Source: Clostridia bacterium
GTDB lineage: Bacteria; Bacillota; Clostridia; Christensenellales; UBA1242
Assembly (NCBI GenBank): GCA_017625505.1
Contig: JAGAKV010000008.1
Location: 1 to 61,236, forward strand
Reading direction: 5' to 3'
DNA length: 61,236 nucleotides
Below the pieces are notes generated by a model that saw only the letters and a program-made list of their open reading frames with translations, was not told the DNA's origin and did not search any database. The first letter of the stretch is position 1; every line of letters begins with the position of its first letter. Of this stretch, positions 43,475-53,543 are shown piece by piece. A program made the position numbers and the translations under genes.

Positions 43475-44641
43475 TTATAAGCTTTTTCCGACAATATATC
43501 CGCTTGTCCATGCCCATTGCAGGTTGAAGCCGCCGCAGATTCCGTCAACGTCGCATGCCTCACCACAGAAATAAAGGTTGTCAAGTTCTTTTGCTTGAAG
43601 ATTGTCGTCAAGCGCAGAAAGCAGTACTCCTCCCGAGTAAATTTGGTTGTTGTCGTAATTGCCTTGCACGATAAACTCTAGCGCTTTCATATGATCAATC
43701 ATCATTTCAAGCTGGCCTTCAGTTAAGCTGGTGGAGGAGGCGCTTTCGTTAAATTTGCATTTGTTGAGAATGTAATAAGCGATTGGGTTTGCTAAAAAAC
43801 CTTCAAAAAACTTGCTTATAGGCAGATCAAGCTCGCGACGGCGCATAAGAACGTCGATAAGTTCTTCTTTTTCAATTTCAGGAACAAGATCGACAACCAG
43901 TTTTCCTTCATAACACCCTCGTCGAGCGAATTCGCTTGAGAGGTTAAACGCACATATTCCGCTAAGCCCGCTGTCCTTAAACAGAAGCTCGCCAAACTGT
44001 TGGTTGTAAAGATTGCCGTTTGGCGAATAGGCGAATATATGTACAGGGGAGACTTTACATCCGGAAAGAAGTTTTGTATTTTGTGTTTTGAGTGCGCATA
44101 AGCTTGGCACAAAATTTCGGTGCTTGATATTAAAAGATTGAATCACGCTTTCACTTGCTTTTCCGCCGAGGGCACATACGAGTTTTTTCACGCAATATGT
44201 TTCGCCTGACGTTTTAACAATAAAAACGTCATCTTCTTTGCTGACATTTAAGATTTCTTCATTCATGGCAAGGGTGACATTTTTCTTTTTTGCAAGCGCG
44301 TTGCAAATTACATCAATCACGCTTTTTGCGCTGTCTGAAAAAGGATAAATTCGTCCCTCTTCGTCGTTGTAGAAAACAAGCCCGTTGTCGCTAAAATATT
44401 CAAGAGTGGCGGGCACGTCAAAGCGAGAGAAAAAACCTTCTAAATCATGGTTATAAAATTCTTCATTTGGCTCTATTTGTGCGTTTGAGAGGTTGCACTT
44501 GCCGTTGCCTGTTGCCATAAGTTTTTTTGCGGGGTAAGACGCCTTGTCAATCAAAACAACGCTTTGCCTTTCATCTGTTTGCAGTGCGCACATGCAGCCA
44601 CTTGCTCCTGCGCCTAAAATTGCAATATCAAAATATTTCAT
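43475..44641 (-). CDS. HI0933/YhiN-family FAD-dependent oxidoreductase
   Basis: DIAILGAGASGCMCAL dinucleotide-binding motif. C-terminus FCGEACDVDGICGGFNLQWAWTSG. Confidence 0.8.
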   Translation of the reverse strand: MKYFDIAILGAGASGCMCALQTDERQSVVLIDKASYPAKKLMATGNGKCNLSNAQIEPNEEFYNHDLEGFFSRFDVPATLEYFSDNGLVFYNDEEGRIYPFSDSAKSVIDVICNALAKKKNVTLAMNEEILNVSKEDDVFIVKTSGETYCVKKLVCALGGKASESVIQSFNIKHRNFVPSLCALKTQNTKLLSGCKVSPVHIFAYSPNGNLYNQQFGELLFKDSGLSGICAFNLSSEFARRGCYEGKLVVDLVPEIEKEELIDVLMRRRELDLPISKFFEGFLANPIAYYILNKCKFNESASSTSLTEGQLEMMIDHMKALEFIVQGNYDNNQIYSGGVLLSALDDNLQAKELDNLYFCGEACDVDGICGGFNLQWAWTSGYIVGKSL

Positions 44642-44699
44642 GTTGTGTTTCCTTTTTGCTACATAATAGCATATTTTTAAAAATAATACAACAATGCAC

Positions 44700-44728
44700 T
44701 TGCTTTTTTTGTCAAATTTTGCTAAAAT
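44700..44728 (+). promoter_or_regulatory. Promoter with leaderless geometry for mtaB
   Basis: TTGCTT, 17-nt spacer (including the TGc extension), TAAAAT. 6 nt separate the -10 from ATG 44735. No SD. Confidence 0.55.
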
Positions 44729-44734
44729 TTTTAT

Positions 44735-46027
44735 ATGAAAATTGCAATTCTGACACTTGGCTGTAAGGTCAATAAATATGAAAGCGACGCGCTCGCTGAA
44801 AACTTAACTCTTAAAGGATATGAAACGACAGACGCTTTAGAGGCTGCCGATGTTTATGTCATCAACTCTTGCGCAGTAACTGCTGAGGCGGAAAAAAAGT
44901 CAAGGCAGATGATTGCAAGGTGTCGAAAGTTCAACGCAGAAGCGAAGATTTTTGTATGTGGTTGTGCATCGCAAAACAATCCGCAGCAATTTCTTGATAA
45001 GGATGTTGAATATGTCAGCGGTGTTGCAGGCAAACTGAAAATCAGTGAATATATTGATAATTTTGCTAAAAATGGCAAAAAAATGCCCAAAAGAGCAAAA
45101 AAAGTTGCAAAATTGCCAAAAGAATACGAAGATGAGCTGATTGCAAAGCAAAGTAGAATTCGAGCTTATATCAAAATTCAGGACGGCTGCAACAACTTTT
45201 GCTCTTATTGCATTATTCCATATCTGCGAGGACGAAGCCGTTCGCGCGAGATATTTTCAATCATCAATGAGGCCAACAGCTTAGATGAAAATATCAAGGA
45301 AATTGTGCTGACGGGCATCAATGTTACTGATTATAAAATAGATGGTCAGCCTGCGCTGTTGACGCTGCTCGAACAACTTGACAGGCTTGGCAAGCGTATT
45401 CGTCTTGGGTCAGTTGAGGACACTGTGGTAAGCGAGGAGTTTATAAAAGGGCTGAGCAAACTAAATAATTTTTGTCCGCATTTTCACCTCTCTTTGCAAA
45501 GTGGTTGCGATAGCGTATTGAAACGAATGAATAGGCATTATAGCTCCAACCAGTTTGCGCACTCGGTTGCACTTATCCGAAAATACTTTCCAAATGCCGG
45601 TATTACAACCGATGTGATTGTAGGTTTTTGTGACGAAAGCGAGGAAGAATTTACAACTACTTGTCAGTTTGTAAAAAGAGTAAAATTTTCTCAACTTCAC
45701 GTTTTTCCTTACTCAAAACGAGAGGGGACTGCAGCGGCAAAATTATACAAAGATTTGCCTAAGGAAGTAAAAACAAAAAGGGTTCAGATGCTCGAGAAGA
45801 TAGGCGATAAACTTAAAAGACGCTTTATAAAACAAAATAAGACAGGCAAAGTGCTTATCGAAGAGCAGCAAGGCGAATATTTTGTAGGATACACCGAAAA
45901 TTATATACGTGTTTATATTCCTGCTGAAAAACAAAATGATGAGCTTATAAACAAGATATTGACAGTAAAACTTAAAAAACTCTATAAAGATGGTGCAATC
46001 GCAAAGATTGTGCGAAAAATGAATTAA
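44735..46027 (+). CDS. mtaB: MiaB/MtaB-family radical-SAM methylthiotransferase (MtaB-like)
   Basis: N-terminal LGCKVN..ES. GCNNFCSYCIIPYLRG radical SAM cluster. C-terminal TRAM-like region. Confidence 0.8.
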   Translation: MKIAILTLGCKVNKYESDALAENLTLKGYETTDALEAADVYVINSCAVTAEAEKKSRQMIARCRKFNAEAKIFVCGCASQNNPQQFLDKDVEYVSGVAGKLKISEYIDNFAKNGKKMPKRAKKVAKLPKEYEDELIAKQSRIRAYIKIQDGCNNFCSYCIIPYLRGRSRSREIFSIINEANSLDENIKEIVLTGINVTDYKIDGQPALLTLLEQLDRLGKRIRLGSVEDTVVSEEFIKGLSKLNNFCPHFHLSLQSGCDSVLKRMNRHYSSNQFAHSVALIRKYFPNAGITTDVIVGFCDESEEEFTTTCQFVKRVKFSQLHVFPYSKREGTAAAKLYKDLPKEVKTKRVQMLEKIGDKLKRRFIKQNKTGKVLIEEQQGEYFVGYTENYIRVYIPAEKQNDELINKILTVKLKKLYKDGAIAKIVRKMN

Positions 46028-46036
46028 AACTGGGTA

Positions 46037-46065
46037 TTGACTTTGCGGGAGTTGTGTGCTATTCT
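46037..46065 (+). promoter_or_regulatory. Promoter with leaderless geometry for the secreted metalloprotease gene
   Basis: TTGACT, 17-nt spacer (including the TGc extension), TATTCT. 6 nt separate the -10 from ATG 46072. No SD. Confidence 0.45.
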
Positions 46066-46071
46066 TAAGCC

Positions 46072-47277
46072 ATGCGAAAACTAATTTTAAAATATAGTTT
46101 TATTACAATGATATCATTACATGCGTTTTTTTCAGTGGTTGGTATGTTTCTTTTTGTAGTGTCAGAAGTGGTGCATGCAGATAATTCGTCGACAGAACAG
46201 ACGATTTATTTGCAGCAGCTTTTTGGCGCTAATGCCAATTATAGACAAGCTAATTATGGCAGATTGAGACACAACAATGGCGAGGCGATTTATATAAGTT
46301 TAGAAAAAAACTCATTTTCTGAGAATCAAACACAAACGATTGTATCTGCTGTAGACTATATCTTCAAGCTGATTGGCGATATTAACGAAAATTATCATTA
46401 TCAACTTGTAGAAGACGTGAATAATGTGGAATATTGTGGCAAATCAAGCATTACTTTTTCTACTGGAGCGCTTAAAAATGCAAATGGATGTGCGGTAAGA
46501 GAAAACTCATTTTTTTCTTTTGGCTCTAAGGGGAATTTTAATCAAAACTGCAAAATTATGTATGATAAAAATTTTTTGAAGAACAACGAAAAGCGTTTAT
46601 ACTACACTACGCTGCATGAGCTTTTGCATGTTTTTGGGCTGGAAGATGTTTATAGCGATGCGGTGCGATATCTCAATACGTATATGAATGTCAATACAAA
46701 TGAGAGTTTGACAATGATTACACCAAATGATTACAAGATTTTGGTTGCATGTTATGCAAAAAACTTTTCTAGATTTGATGAGAAACAAGATTACATAAAT
46801 TTACTGCTTGAGAAAGTTGAAAAATATTCTAGTGAATATTACCAATATTACAGCCATCAGCAATTGGAGAATAAAAAGCAAGGATGGCTTGAATGCGGCT
46901 ATTCTGAAGAAGAAGTACAACAAATCTTTAGTTATTCGAAACTTGGTGAAAAACTATCATGTTCTTTTGATGTTTGTTTGACAACTGGTGGCGAGAGGGT
47001 GAGTGTGTTGGTAGATGAAGGGCAGTACAGTCTTTTCACGTTTGATAAAAATGACGTTTTGCTAGAAAGTTGTTTTGGAAGTGCATACAATGTAAATGGT
47101 GAAATTTACCTTGAAAGCGTGCATTTAAATAGCTTTACATATGGCAAAGAAACATATGCAGATATGTACATATATTTGCCAGAGAAAAGCACAAATCAGC
47201 ATTGTAGATTATACGACACGCTTAATCATTGCTATAGTGGAACAGGTGTGTTGACTGAGTCGGCTGCACAAGCTTGA
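46072..47277 (+). CDS. Secreted or membrane-anchored HExxH zinc metalloprotease-like protein
   Basis: N-terminal hydrophobic signal/anchor. TLHELLHVFGLEDVY. Confidence 0.6.
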   Translation: MRKLILKYSFITMISLHAFFSVVGMFLFVVSEVVHADNSSTEQTIYLQQLFGANANYRQANYGRLRHNNGEAIYISLEKNSFSENQTQTIVSAVDYIFKLIGDINENYHYQLVEDVNNVEYCGKSSITFSTGALKNANGCAVRENSFFSFGSKGNFNQNCKIMYDKNFLKNNEKRLYYTTLHELLHVFGLEDVYSDAVRYLNTYMNVNTNESLTMITPNDYKILVACYAKNFSRFDEKQDYINLLLEKVEKYSSEYYQYYSHQQLENKKQGWLECGYSEEEVQQIFSYSKLGEKLSCSFDVCLTTGGERVSVLVDEGQYSLFTFDKNDVLLESCFGSAYNVNGEIYLESVHLNSFTYGKETYADMYIYLPEKSTNQHCRLYDTLNHCYSGTGVLTESAAQA

Positions 47278-47306
47278 TATAAAATTTTAGAAAAATAAAA
47301 AAATAC

Positions 47307-47335
47307 TTGACAAAGCATATCAAAATATCTATAAT
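47307..47335 (+). promoter_or_regulatory. rpsU promoter
   Basis: TTGACA, 17-nt spacer, TATAAT. Confidence 0.7.
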
Positions 47336-47360
47336 AGAAGAGAACTTTAAAAAATAGAAG

Positions 47361-47555
47361 GTGGTGAGAAGATTGACAACTGTTAAAGTAGGCGAAAACG
47401 AGACACTTGAAAGCGCTCTTAAAAGATTTAAGAGAAAATGCCAAAAAGACGGCATCATTGGCGATATCAGAAGAAAAGAAGCTTATGACAAGCCAAGCGT
47501 TGCTAAGAAAAAGAAAAGTGAAGCCGCTCGTAAGAGAGCAAGAAAAAGAGGTTAA
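47361..47555 (+). CDS. rpsU: 30S ribosomal protein S21 (probable start at TTG 47373)
   Basis: [25 protein letters not shown]...[26 protein letters not shown] lies before TTG 47373. Confidence 0.9.
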   Translation: MVRRLTTVKVGENETLESALKRFKRKCQKDGIIGDIRRKEAYDKPSVAKKKKSEAARKRARKRG

Positions 47556-47610
47556 AACCACCTTGTGCAAATATGGCACATAAATAAAAATTTATAAAAG
47601 GAGAAATAAA

Positions 47611-47961
47611 ATGGCTAATATCATTGACCAAATCGAGAAAGAAAACATGAAAGAAACTCTCCCTGAATTTAATATCGGCGACACTGTAAGAGTTGGCGTT
47701 AAAATTAAGGAAGGAGACAAAGAAAGAATCCAAGCTTACGAAGGCGTTGTTATCGCTCGTAAAAATGGTGGAATCAGAGAAACTTTCACTGTTAGAAAAA
47801 TTTCAAACGGCGTTGGCGTTGAAAGAACTTTCCCTATGCACTCTCCACTTGTAACAAGTGTTGAAGTTGTAAGAAAGGGTAAACCAAGAAGAGCAAAACT
47901 CTACTATGTAAGAGAACTCACTGGTAAAGCTGCAAAAATCAAATCTGCAGACAACAGATAA
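47611..47961 (+). CDS. rplS: 50S ribosomal protein L19
   Basis: [35 protein letters not shown]...RRAKLYY. Confidence 0.93.
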   Translation: MANIIDQIEKENMKETLPEFNIGDTVRVGVKIKEGDKERIQAYEGVVIARKNGGIRETFTVRKISNGVGVERTFPMHSPLVTSVEVVRKGKPRRAKLYYVRELTGKAAKIKSADNR

Positions 47962-47969
47962 TGTATATA

Positions 47970-48000
47970 AAACTTGGAATATTTTCCAAGTTTTTATTTT
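47970..48000 (+). terminator. Terminator after rplS
   Basis: AAACTTGGAA/TTCCAAGTTT 10-bp stem plus a T-rich tail. Confidence 0.8.
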
Positions 48001-48108
48001 GTCATTTGTTGTGAAATTTTTAGAATGAGAAAGGGCTGCGCTGCAGTAAAAATGAAACGCAATTTCCATGCAGCAAATTTTGTTAAATTAAAATTAGGAA
48101 GAATGATT

Positions 48109-48762
48109 ATGAAAGAAATTGAAAGGTTTTTGAGTGAGAATAGTGACGAGAAGAAAGCGAAATTTGATCGGGGGCTTATAAACACAAAATATGAAATTTT
48201 GGGGATAAATATCAAAACAATCGAAGAATTTGCCAAAAAAATCGCAAAAAATACTGATATTTTGCAAAATATCAATATTTCCAGCCATGAGGAAGTTCTT
48301 CTCTGTGGCTTTGCAATAGCCTATTGCCGGGACTCAAATGAGAAGAAGGTTGAGCATATTATGAAGCTGTTGCCATACATCGATAACTGGGCGACAACGG
48401 ATAGTATTGTGCCAAGACTCAAAAATATGGAAAGTCAGAGATGCTTTTTTGAAGGGCTTCTGTCTCACCCAAATCCATTTTATGTGCGTTTTGGCATTGT
48501 TTGGCTTAAGAGGTTTGCACTTAAACAAGATCTTGCAAATGTAATAAAATTGCTTGGACAGGTAAAGGCGCAAGACTACTATATCAAAATGGCAATAGCG
48601 TGGACATATCAAGAGGCGCTGACGATTGATTTTGATTTTATGTTTGATGTTATAAAAAGATTGCAGGACAATTTTATTCGAAATAAAACAATTTCGAAGG
48701 CTTGTGATAGCTTTCGCATAACTGCTGAAAACAAAGAAAAGTTGAAGGCTTTAAGGATTTAG
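48109..48762 (+). CDS. DNA alkylation repair (AlkD-like HEAT-repeat) family protein
   Basis: Helical-repeat protein of about 217 aa. IDNWATTDSIVP matches the family W..D motif. The terminator at 47970-48000 excludes the longer ORF start. Confidence 0.55.
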   Translation: MKEIERFLSENSDEKKAKFDRGLINTKYEILGINIKTIEEFAKKIAKNTDILQNINISSHEEVLLCGFAIAYCRDSNEKKVEHIMKLLPYIDNWATTDSIVPRLKNMESQRCFFEGLLSHPNPFYVRFGIVWLKRFALKQDLANVIKLLGQVKAQDYYIKMAIAWTYQEALTIDFDFMFDVIKRLQDNFIRNKTISKACDSFRITAENKEKLKALRI

Positions 48763-48836
48763 CATGGAAAATGGGATATATTGTTTGCAAAATTCAAAAA
48801 AGTGTTGTATAATCTAAAGTTAGAATTGGAGAAAAA

Positions 48837-50369
48837 ATGTTATCAAAAGTACAAAGTTTTGGTTTGAAAGGGATTGAAGGCTTTCCGATTGACGTTGAAA
48901 CAGATGTCAGCAATGGACTGCCTGGATTTGACGTGGTTGGTCTTGCCGATACTGCGATCAAAGAGGCGAAAGAAAGGGTGAAAAATGCCATTCGAAATTC
49001 GGCTTTTACCTATCCCATTAAAAAGATAACCATCAATTTAGCACCTGCTGACGTAAAGAAAGAAGGGTCGCTTTATGATCTTGCTATGGCAGTTGCAATT
49101 CTTTCTTGCGATGAAGAGTTGAAAATCAAAAACGAAAGAAAATATGTGTATATTGGTGAGCTTTCTTTTGATGGAAGTGTCAAGAAGGTGAAGGGCGTTC
49201 TTCCTCTTCTGATTTCTGCAAGAGAGGCGGGCTTTAAAGAATTTTTGATTCCAAAAGAAAACCTTGCTGAAGCAAGCTTTATTGAGGGGATCAATGTTTA
49301 TGGAGTTGAAAACTTAAGAGAAGCGATTTCCTTTTTGAAAGGAGAGCATCAAATCGATCCGGTTGAAGTTTGCAAATTTGAAAATACCCTCAATCAAAAC
49401 CGATATGGGCTTGACTTTGCTAATGTCAAAGGGCAAAAAATGGCAAAACGTGCACTTGAGATTGCAGCGGCAGGCGGACATAATCTTATTATGATTGGGC
49501 CTCCAGGAAGCGGAAAAAGTATGCTTGCAAAGTGTTTTCCAACAATTTTATCAGACCTTACCTTTGATGAAGCGCTGGAAGTTACAAAAATCCACTCAGT
49601 TGCAGGAGAACTTGATGGCGAAAAGGGGATTGTAAACTGTAGGCCATTTAGGAGTCCTCACCATACAGCCACAACGGTGGCGCTTACAGGCGGTGGAAAT
49701 AATGCTAAACCAGGGGAAATTTCGCTGGCAGATCATGGAGTACTGTTTTTGGATGAATTTCCTGAGTATTCTCGCCAATCAATCGAGGTGCTAAGGCAGC
49801 CACTTGAGGACGGAATAATTACTGTTGCTCGAAACAAATCAACAGTGTCATATCCAGCAAATTTTACCCTTATTGCCAGCATGAATCCTTGTCCTTGCGG
49901 TCATTATGGATCTAAAGATCGTGAGTGCCACTGCTCGGCGGGGCAAATAAGCAAATATTTATCAAAATTATCTGGTCCAATTATGGATCGCATTGATATT
50001 CATATTGAAGTTGAAAACGTCACATATGATCAGCTTAAAAGTGATAGCCTAGAAGAGCCTTCTTGTGAAATAAAAAAGAGGGTTGATCGGGCAAGACTGA
50101 TTCAACTTGAAAGGTTTAAAGGCGCAAAGAATTTCTCAAACGCGAAAATGAGCGTTGCGCAAACAAAAAAATATTGCAAACTTGACATAAACAGCGAACA
50201 TCTGCTGCGAGTTGCTTTCGAGAAACTAAAGTTGTCTGCTCGTGCGCATGATCGTATTTTAAAAGTTGCAAGAACGATTGCTGATCTTGAGGGGTGCGAA
50301 AATATCGGCGCAAATCATATTGCTGAAGCAATTTCGTACAGAACGCTTGATCGAAAATACTGGAACTAG
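48837..50369 (+). CDS. comM: Mg-chelatase-like AAA+ protein YifB/ComM
   Basis: N-terminal Lon-like domain. GPPGSGKSM, LFLDEFPE, zinc-like CPCGHYGS..CHC. Confidence 0.88.
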   Translation: MLSKVQSFGLKGIEGFPIDVETDVSNGLPGFDVVGLADTAIKEAKERVKNAIRNSAFTYPIKKITINLAPADVKKEGSLYDLAMAVAILSCDEELKIKNERKYVYIGELSFDGSVKKVKGVLPLLISAREAGFKEFLIPKENLAEASFIEGINVYGVENLREAISFLKGEHQIDPVEVCKFENTLNQNRYGLDFANVKGQKMAKRALEIAAAGGHNLIMIGPPGSGKSMLAKCFPTILSDLTFDEALEVTKIHSVAGELDGEKGIVNCRPFRSPHHTATTVALTGGGNNAKPGEISLADHGVLFLDEFPEYSRQSIEVLRQPLEDGIITVARNKSTVSYPANFTLIASMNPCPCGHYGSKDRECHCSAGQISKYLSKLSGPIMDRIDIHIEVENVTYDQLKSDSLEEPSCEIKKRVDRARLIQLERFKGAKNFSNAKMSVAQTKKYCKLDINSEHLLRVAFEKLKLSARAHDRILKVARTIADLEGCENIGANHIAEAISYRTLDRKYWN

Positions 50370-50389
50370 CAATAATAAAAGGAGGGGAA

Positions 50390-51460
50390 ATGGACAAAAG
50401 AGATTATTTTATTGTTTTCTTGTCGCAGTTTGATTTGACTTCATCAAAAATTGCTCAGATTATTGATGAGATGAGCGAGCCAAGTATTCAGGCCTTCAAA
50501 AAGACAAAGTTTGATGAAAAAATTATTAAGCAAGAAAGCTATCACAAAATGCTTGAATGTGCAGATCCAATCCTTGTTGAAACATATGTTAAAAATTTGC
50601 ATGACCGCGATATAGAAATTGTTACAATTTTTGATGAGCGATATCCGCAAAAACTGCGTGAGATGACAGACAGTCCATATATTCTTTATTATAAGGGTGA
50701 CCTGTCGCTTGCAAACAAACCTTCACTTTCTGTTGTTGGATCAAGAAAACCGACAAGCTATGGGAAAATAGCAACAGAGAAAATTGTAAGAGATGTTGCA
50801 AGTGGCGGCGTTGTGGTTGTCAGTGGGCTTGCCTATGGCGTTGACAGCATCGCACATAGAGCGGCGCTTGATAATGGCGGGAAAACGATTGCTGTGCTTG
50901 GCAGCGGGTTTGATCATGTCTATCCGTCCGAGCATCAGTCTCTTGCTGATGAAATTGCCAAAAAGGGGTTGCTTATCAGCGAGCAGCGTCCCAAACGCAC
51001 TGCAAGCAAATATCTTTTTCCGCTGCGCAATCGAATCATTGCGGCCTTAAGTGAGGGGACGCTTATCACAGAGGCGAGCATAAAAAGCGGAACAATTCAC
51101 ACCAAAGATTTTGCCCTAGATTATGGGCGAAATATTTATGCTGTGCCAGGAAATATTGACAGCACTTCAAGCGAACTTACTAATGAAGTTATCAAAACAG
51201 GGCAGGCGCAGTGTGTAACTTGCGGGAAAGATATTTTAGATGACTATGATATAAAAGCAGAGAATAAGCAAAGAGGGCAGGAACACCTGTCAGAAGACGA
51301 GCGAAAAATTGTCTCACTGCTTGAAGACGGAATGAAAAGTATAGATTTTCTTACAAAAAATTCGCAATTAGATATAAATAATTTCAATACTTGTTTGACA
51401 ATGCTTGAAATTCGTGGGATAATAACAAGACTACCAGGCGGAAGTGTTGCCTTAAATTAA
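50390..51460 (+). CDS. dprA: DNA-processing protein DprA (Smf)
   Basis: VVGSRKPTSYG, SGLAYGVDSIAHRAAL, FPLRNRIIAALS. Confidence 0.88.
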   Translation: MDKRDYFIVFLSQFDLTSSKIAQIIDEMSEPSIQAFKKTKFDEKIIKQESYHKMLECADPILVETYVKNLHDRDIEIVTIFDERYPQKLREMTDSPYILYYKGDLSLANKPSLSVVGSRKPTSYGKIATEKIVRDVASGGVVVVSGLAYGVDSIAHRAALDNGGKTIAVLGSGFDHVYPSEHQSLADEIAKKGLLISEQRPKRTASKYLFPLRNRIIAALSEGTLITEASIKSGTIHTKDFALDYGRNIYAVPGNIDSTSSELTNEVIKTGQAQCVTCGKDILDDYDIKAENKQRGQEHLSEDERKIVSLLEDGMKSIDFLTKNSQLDINNFNTCLTMLEIRGIITRLPGGSVALN

Positions 51461-51473
51461 TCGGAGGAATAAA

Positions 51474-53543
51474 TTGAAACTAGTTATAATAGAGTCACCA
51501 GCAAAAAGAGAAGCACTGAAAAAATATTTGGGAGATGGCTTTGAAGTCTTTGCGACAAAAGGACATATAAGAGACCTTCCTCAAAAGAGTTTGGGGATTG
51601 ATATTAGAAATAATTTCGAACCAAAATATGAAATTGTATCAGATAAAAAAGAACTTATTGCAGACCTGAAACGTCGGGCGGATAAAGCTGATCAAGTTTA
51701 CATCGCAACCGACCCGGATAGAGAAGGGGAAGCAATATCTTGGCACGTTGCCAACATTTTAGGCTATGACAGCGAAAGAGCGTGTCGCATTCAGTTTAAC
51801 GAAATTTCGAAAAAAGCGGTCTCAAAAGCGCTTACAGAGCCTAGAAAAATTGATCTAAAACTTGTTGACGCACAGCAGGCTCGAAGAACACTTGATAGGC
51901 TTGTGGGATATAAACTCTCACCAATCATCTGTAAAAAAATAGCACCAAAGCTTAGCGCAGGAAGAGTTCAATCAGTTGCGCTTAAGCTTGTTGTTGATCG
52001 TGAAATTGAAATCGAAAAGTTTGTTCCAGAAGAATACTGGACAGTAAATGCGCTTCTTAAGAAGGGTGCTGCCGATATTAAAACGGCACTTGCAACTTAT
52101 AAAAAGAAAAAGTTTGTGCCAAAAAATAAAGAAGAAGTTGACGCTATGTTAGGCGTGATTGATGGCAAGGATTTTCTTGTAAAGGAAGTGAAAAAATCTA
52201 AGACAAAATCACACGCTCCAGCACCATTTACGACAAGTACAATGCAGCAAGATGCGCTTAATAAACTTGGTATGAGCCTTGCAAAAACATCTCAGGCAGC
52301 TCAGCAACTTTATGAAGGAGTTGAGGTTAAGGGAGAGGGCAAGATTGCGCTTATCACGTATATCAGAACTGACTCCGTTCGTGTGTCGACGGACGCTCAA
52401 AATGCATGCCGAGAGTTTATTAAGAATAAATACGGCGCAGAATTTGTTCCAGAAAAACCAAATATCTATCACACAAAAGACTCAGCTCAAGACGCGCACG
52501 AAGCTATTCGCCCAATTACAATGGATATTACGCCAGAAATGGTTAAAGAGACATTATCGGCTGATAATTATAAGCTTTATAAACTTATTTACGAACGTTT
52601 TCTTGCCAGCCAAATGAGTGAAGCGGAGTATGCAAGTGTGACAATCAATTTTGATTGCGAAGAGTATGGCTTTAAAGTAAGCGGAAAGACAATGGAGTTT
52701 CCGGGCTATACCAATGTGTACAAAGAATTTGTTGAAGATGACAACAAAGAGGGTATGGCAGGCAGACTTCCAAAACTTGAAGAAGGGGAAATGCTTCCAT
52801 GCTCTAAAATTCTTCCAGAGCAAAAGTTTACAAAGCCTCCAACTAGGTATACAGAGGCTACGCTTGTGAAGGCAATGGAAGAAAAAGGAATTGGCAGACC
52901 AGCCACTTACTCGGCAACAATTACAATTCTTTCAAGCAGAAAATACACTGAAAAAGAGGGAAAATATCTTATTCCAACCGAGCTTGGTAGAAAAATTACA
53001 GCCTATCTTGATCAATTCTTCAGTAGTGTCATCAATGTTAAATTTACCGCTTATATGGAGGGAAGGCTTGATGATGTTGCATCAAAAGATGAAGACTGGA
53101 AAGAAGTTGTCTCATCATTTTGGAATGGTTTTGAAAGGCTGCTTGCAAGGGCGGATGCAAGCTCTGTTTCAATGAAAGAGCCTCCAAAAGAAACAGATAT
53201 AATTTGTGAAAAATGTGGCAGTAAAATGCTTATCAGAAATGGCAAGTTTGGAGAATTTTTGGCCTGCTCAAACTTTCCAAAATGTAAAAATACAAGGCCA
53301 TTAAACGAGACAAAGAAAGTGGTTGGAAAATGCCCAGAATGCGGAGCTGATATGGTGGAGCGGAAGAGTAAAAGAGGAAAAATTTTCTTCTCTTGTGACC
53401 GTTATCCAGACTGCAAATTTATGAGCTGGGACGCAACAACTGGGGCAAAATGCCCTAAATGTCAAAGCCCTATTATAATCAAGGGAAAGACTGTCAAATG
53501 CAGCAACAACGCATGTGATTATAAGGAGAACAATGATAAATAA
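51474..53543 (+). CDS. topA: DNA topoisomerase I
   Basis: TOPRIM LVIIESPAKR, DPDREGE, YIRTDS active-site Tyr, three C-terminal Cys4 zinc ribbons. TTG start. Confidence 0.93.
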   Translation: MKLVIIESPAKREALKKYLGDGFEVFATKGHIRDLPQKSLGIDIRNNFEPKYEIVSDKKELIADLKRRADKADQVYIATDPDREGEAISWHVANILGYDSERACRIQFNEISKKAVSKALTEPRKIDLKLVDAQQARRTLDRLVGYKLSPIICKKIAPKLSAGRVQSVALKLVVDREIEIEKFVPEEYWTVNALLKKGAADIKTALATYKKKKFVPKNKEEVDAMLGVIDGKDFLVKEVKKSKTKSHAPAPFTTSTMQQDALNKLGMSLAKTSQAAQQLYEGVEVKGEGKIALITYIRTDSVRVSTDAQNACREFIKNKYGAEFVPEKPNIYHTKDSAQDAHEAIRPITMDITPEMVKETLSADNYKLYKLIYERFLASQMSEAEYASVTINFDCEEYGFKVSGKTMEFPGYTNVYKEFVEDDNKEGMAGRLPKLEEGEMLPCSKILPEQKFTKPPTRYTEATLVKAMEEKGIGRPATYSATITILSSRKYTEKEGKYLIPTELGRKITAYLDQFFSSVINVKFTAYMEGRLDDVASKDEDWKEVVSSFWNGFERLLARADASSVSMKEPPKETDIICEKCGSKMLIRNGKFGEFLACSNFPKCKNTRPLNETKKVVGKCPECGADMVERKSKRGKIFFSCDRYPDCKFMSWDATTGAKCPKCQSPIIIKGKTVKCSNNACDYKENNDK

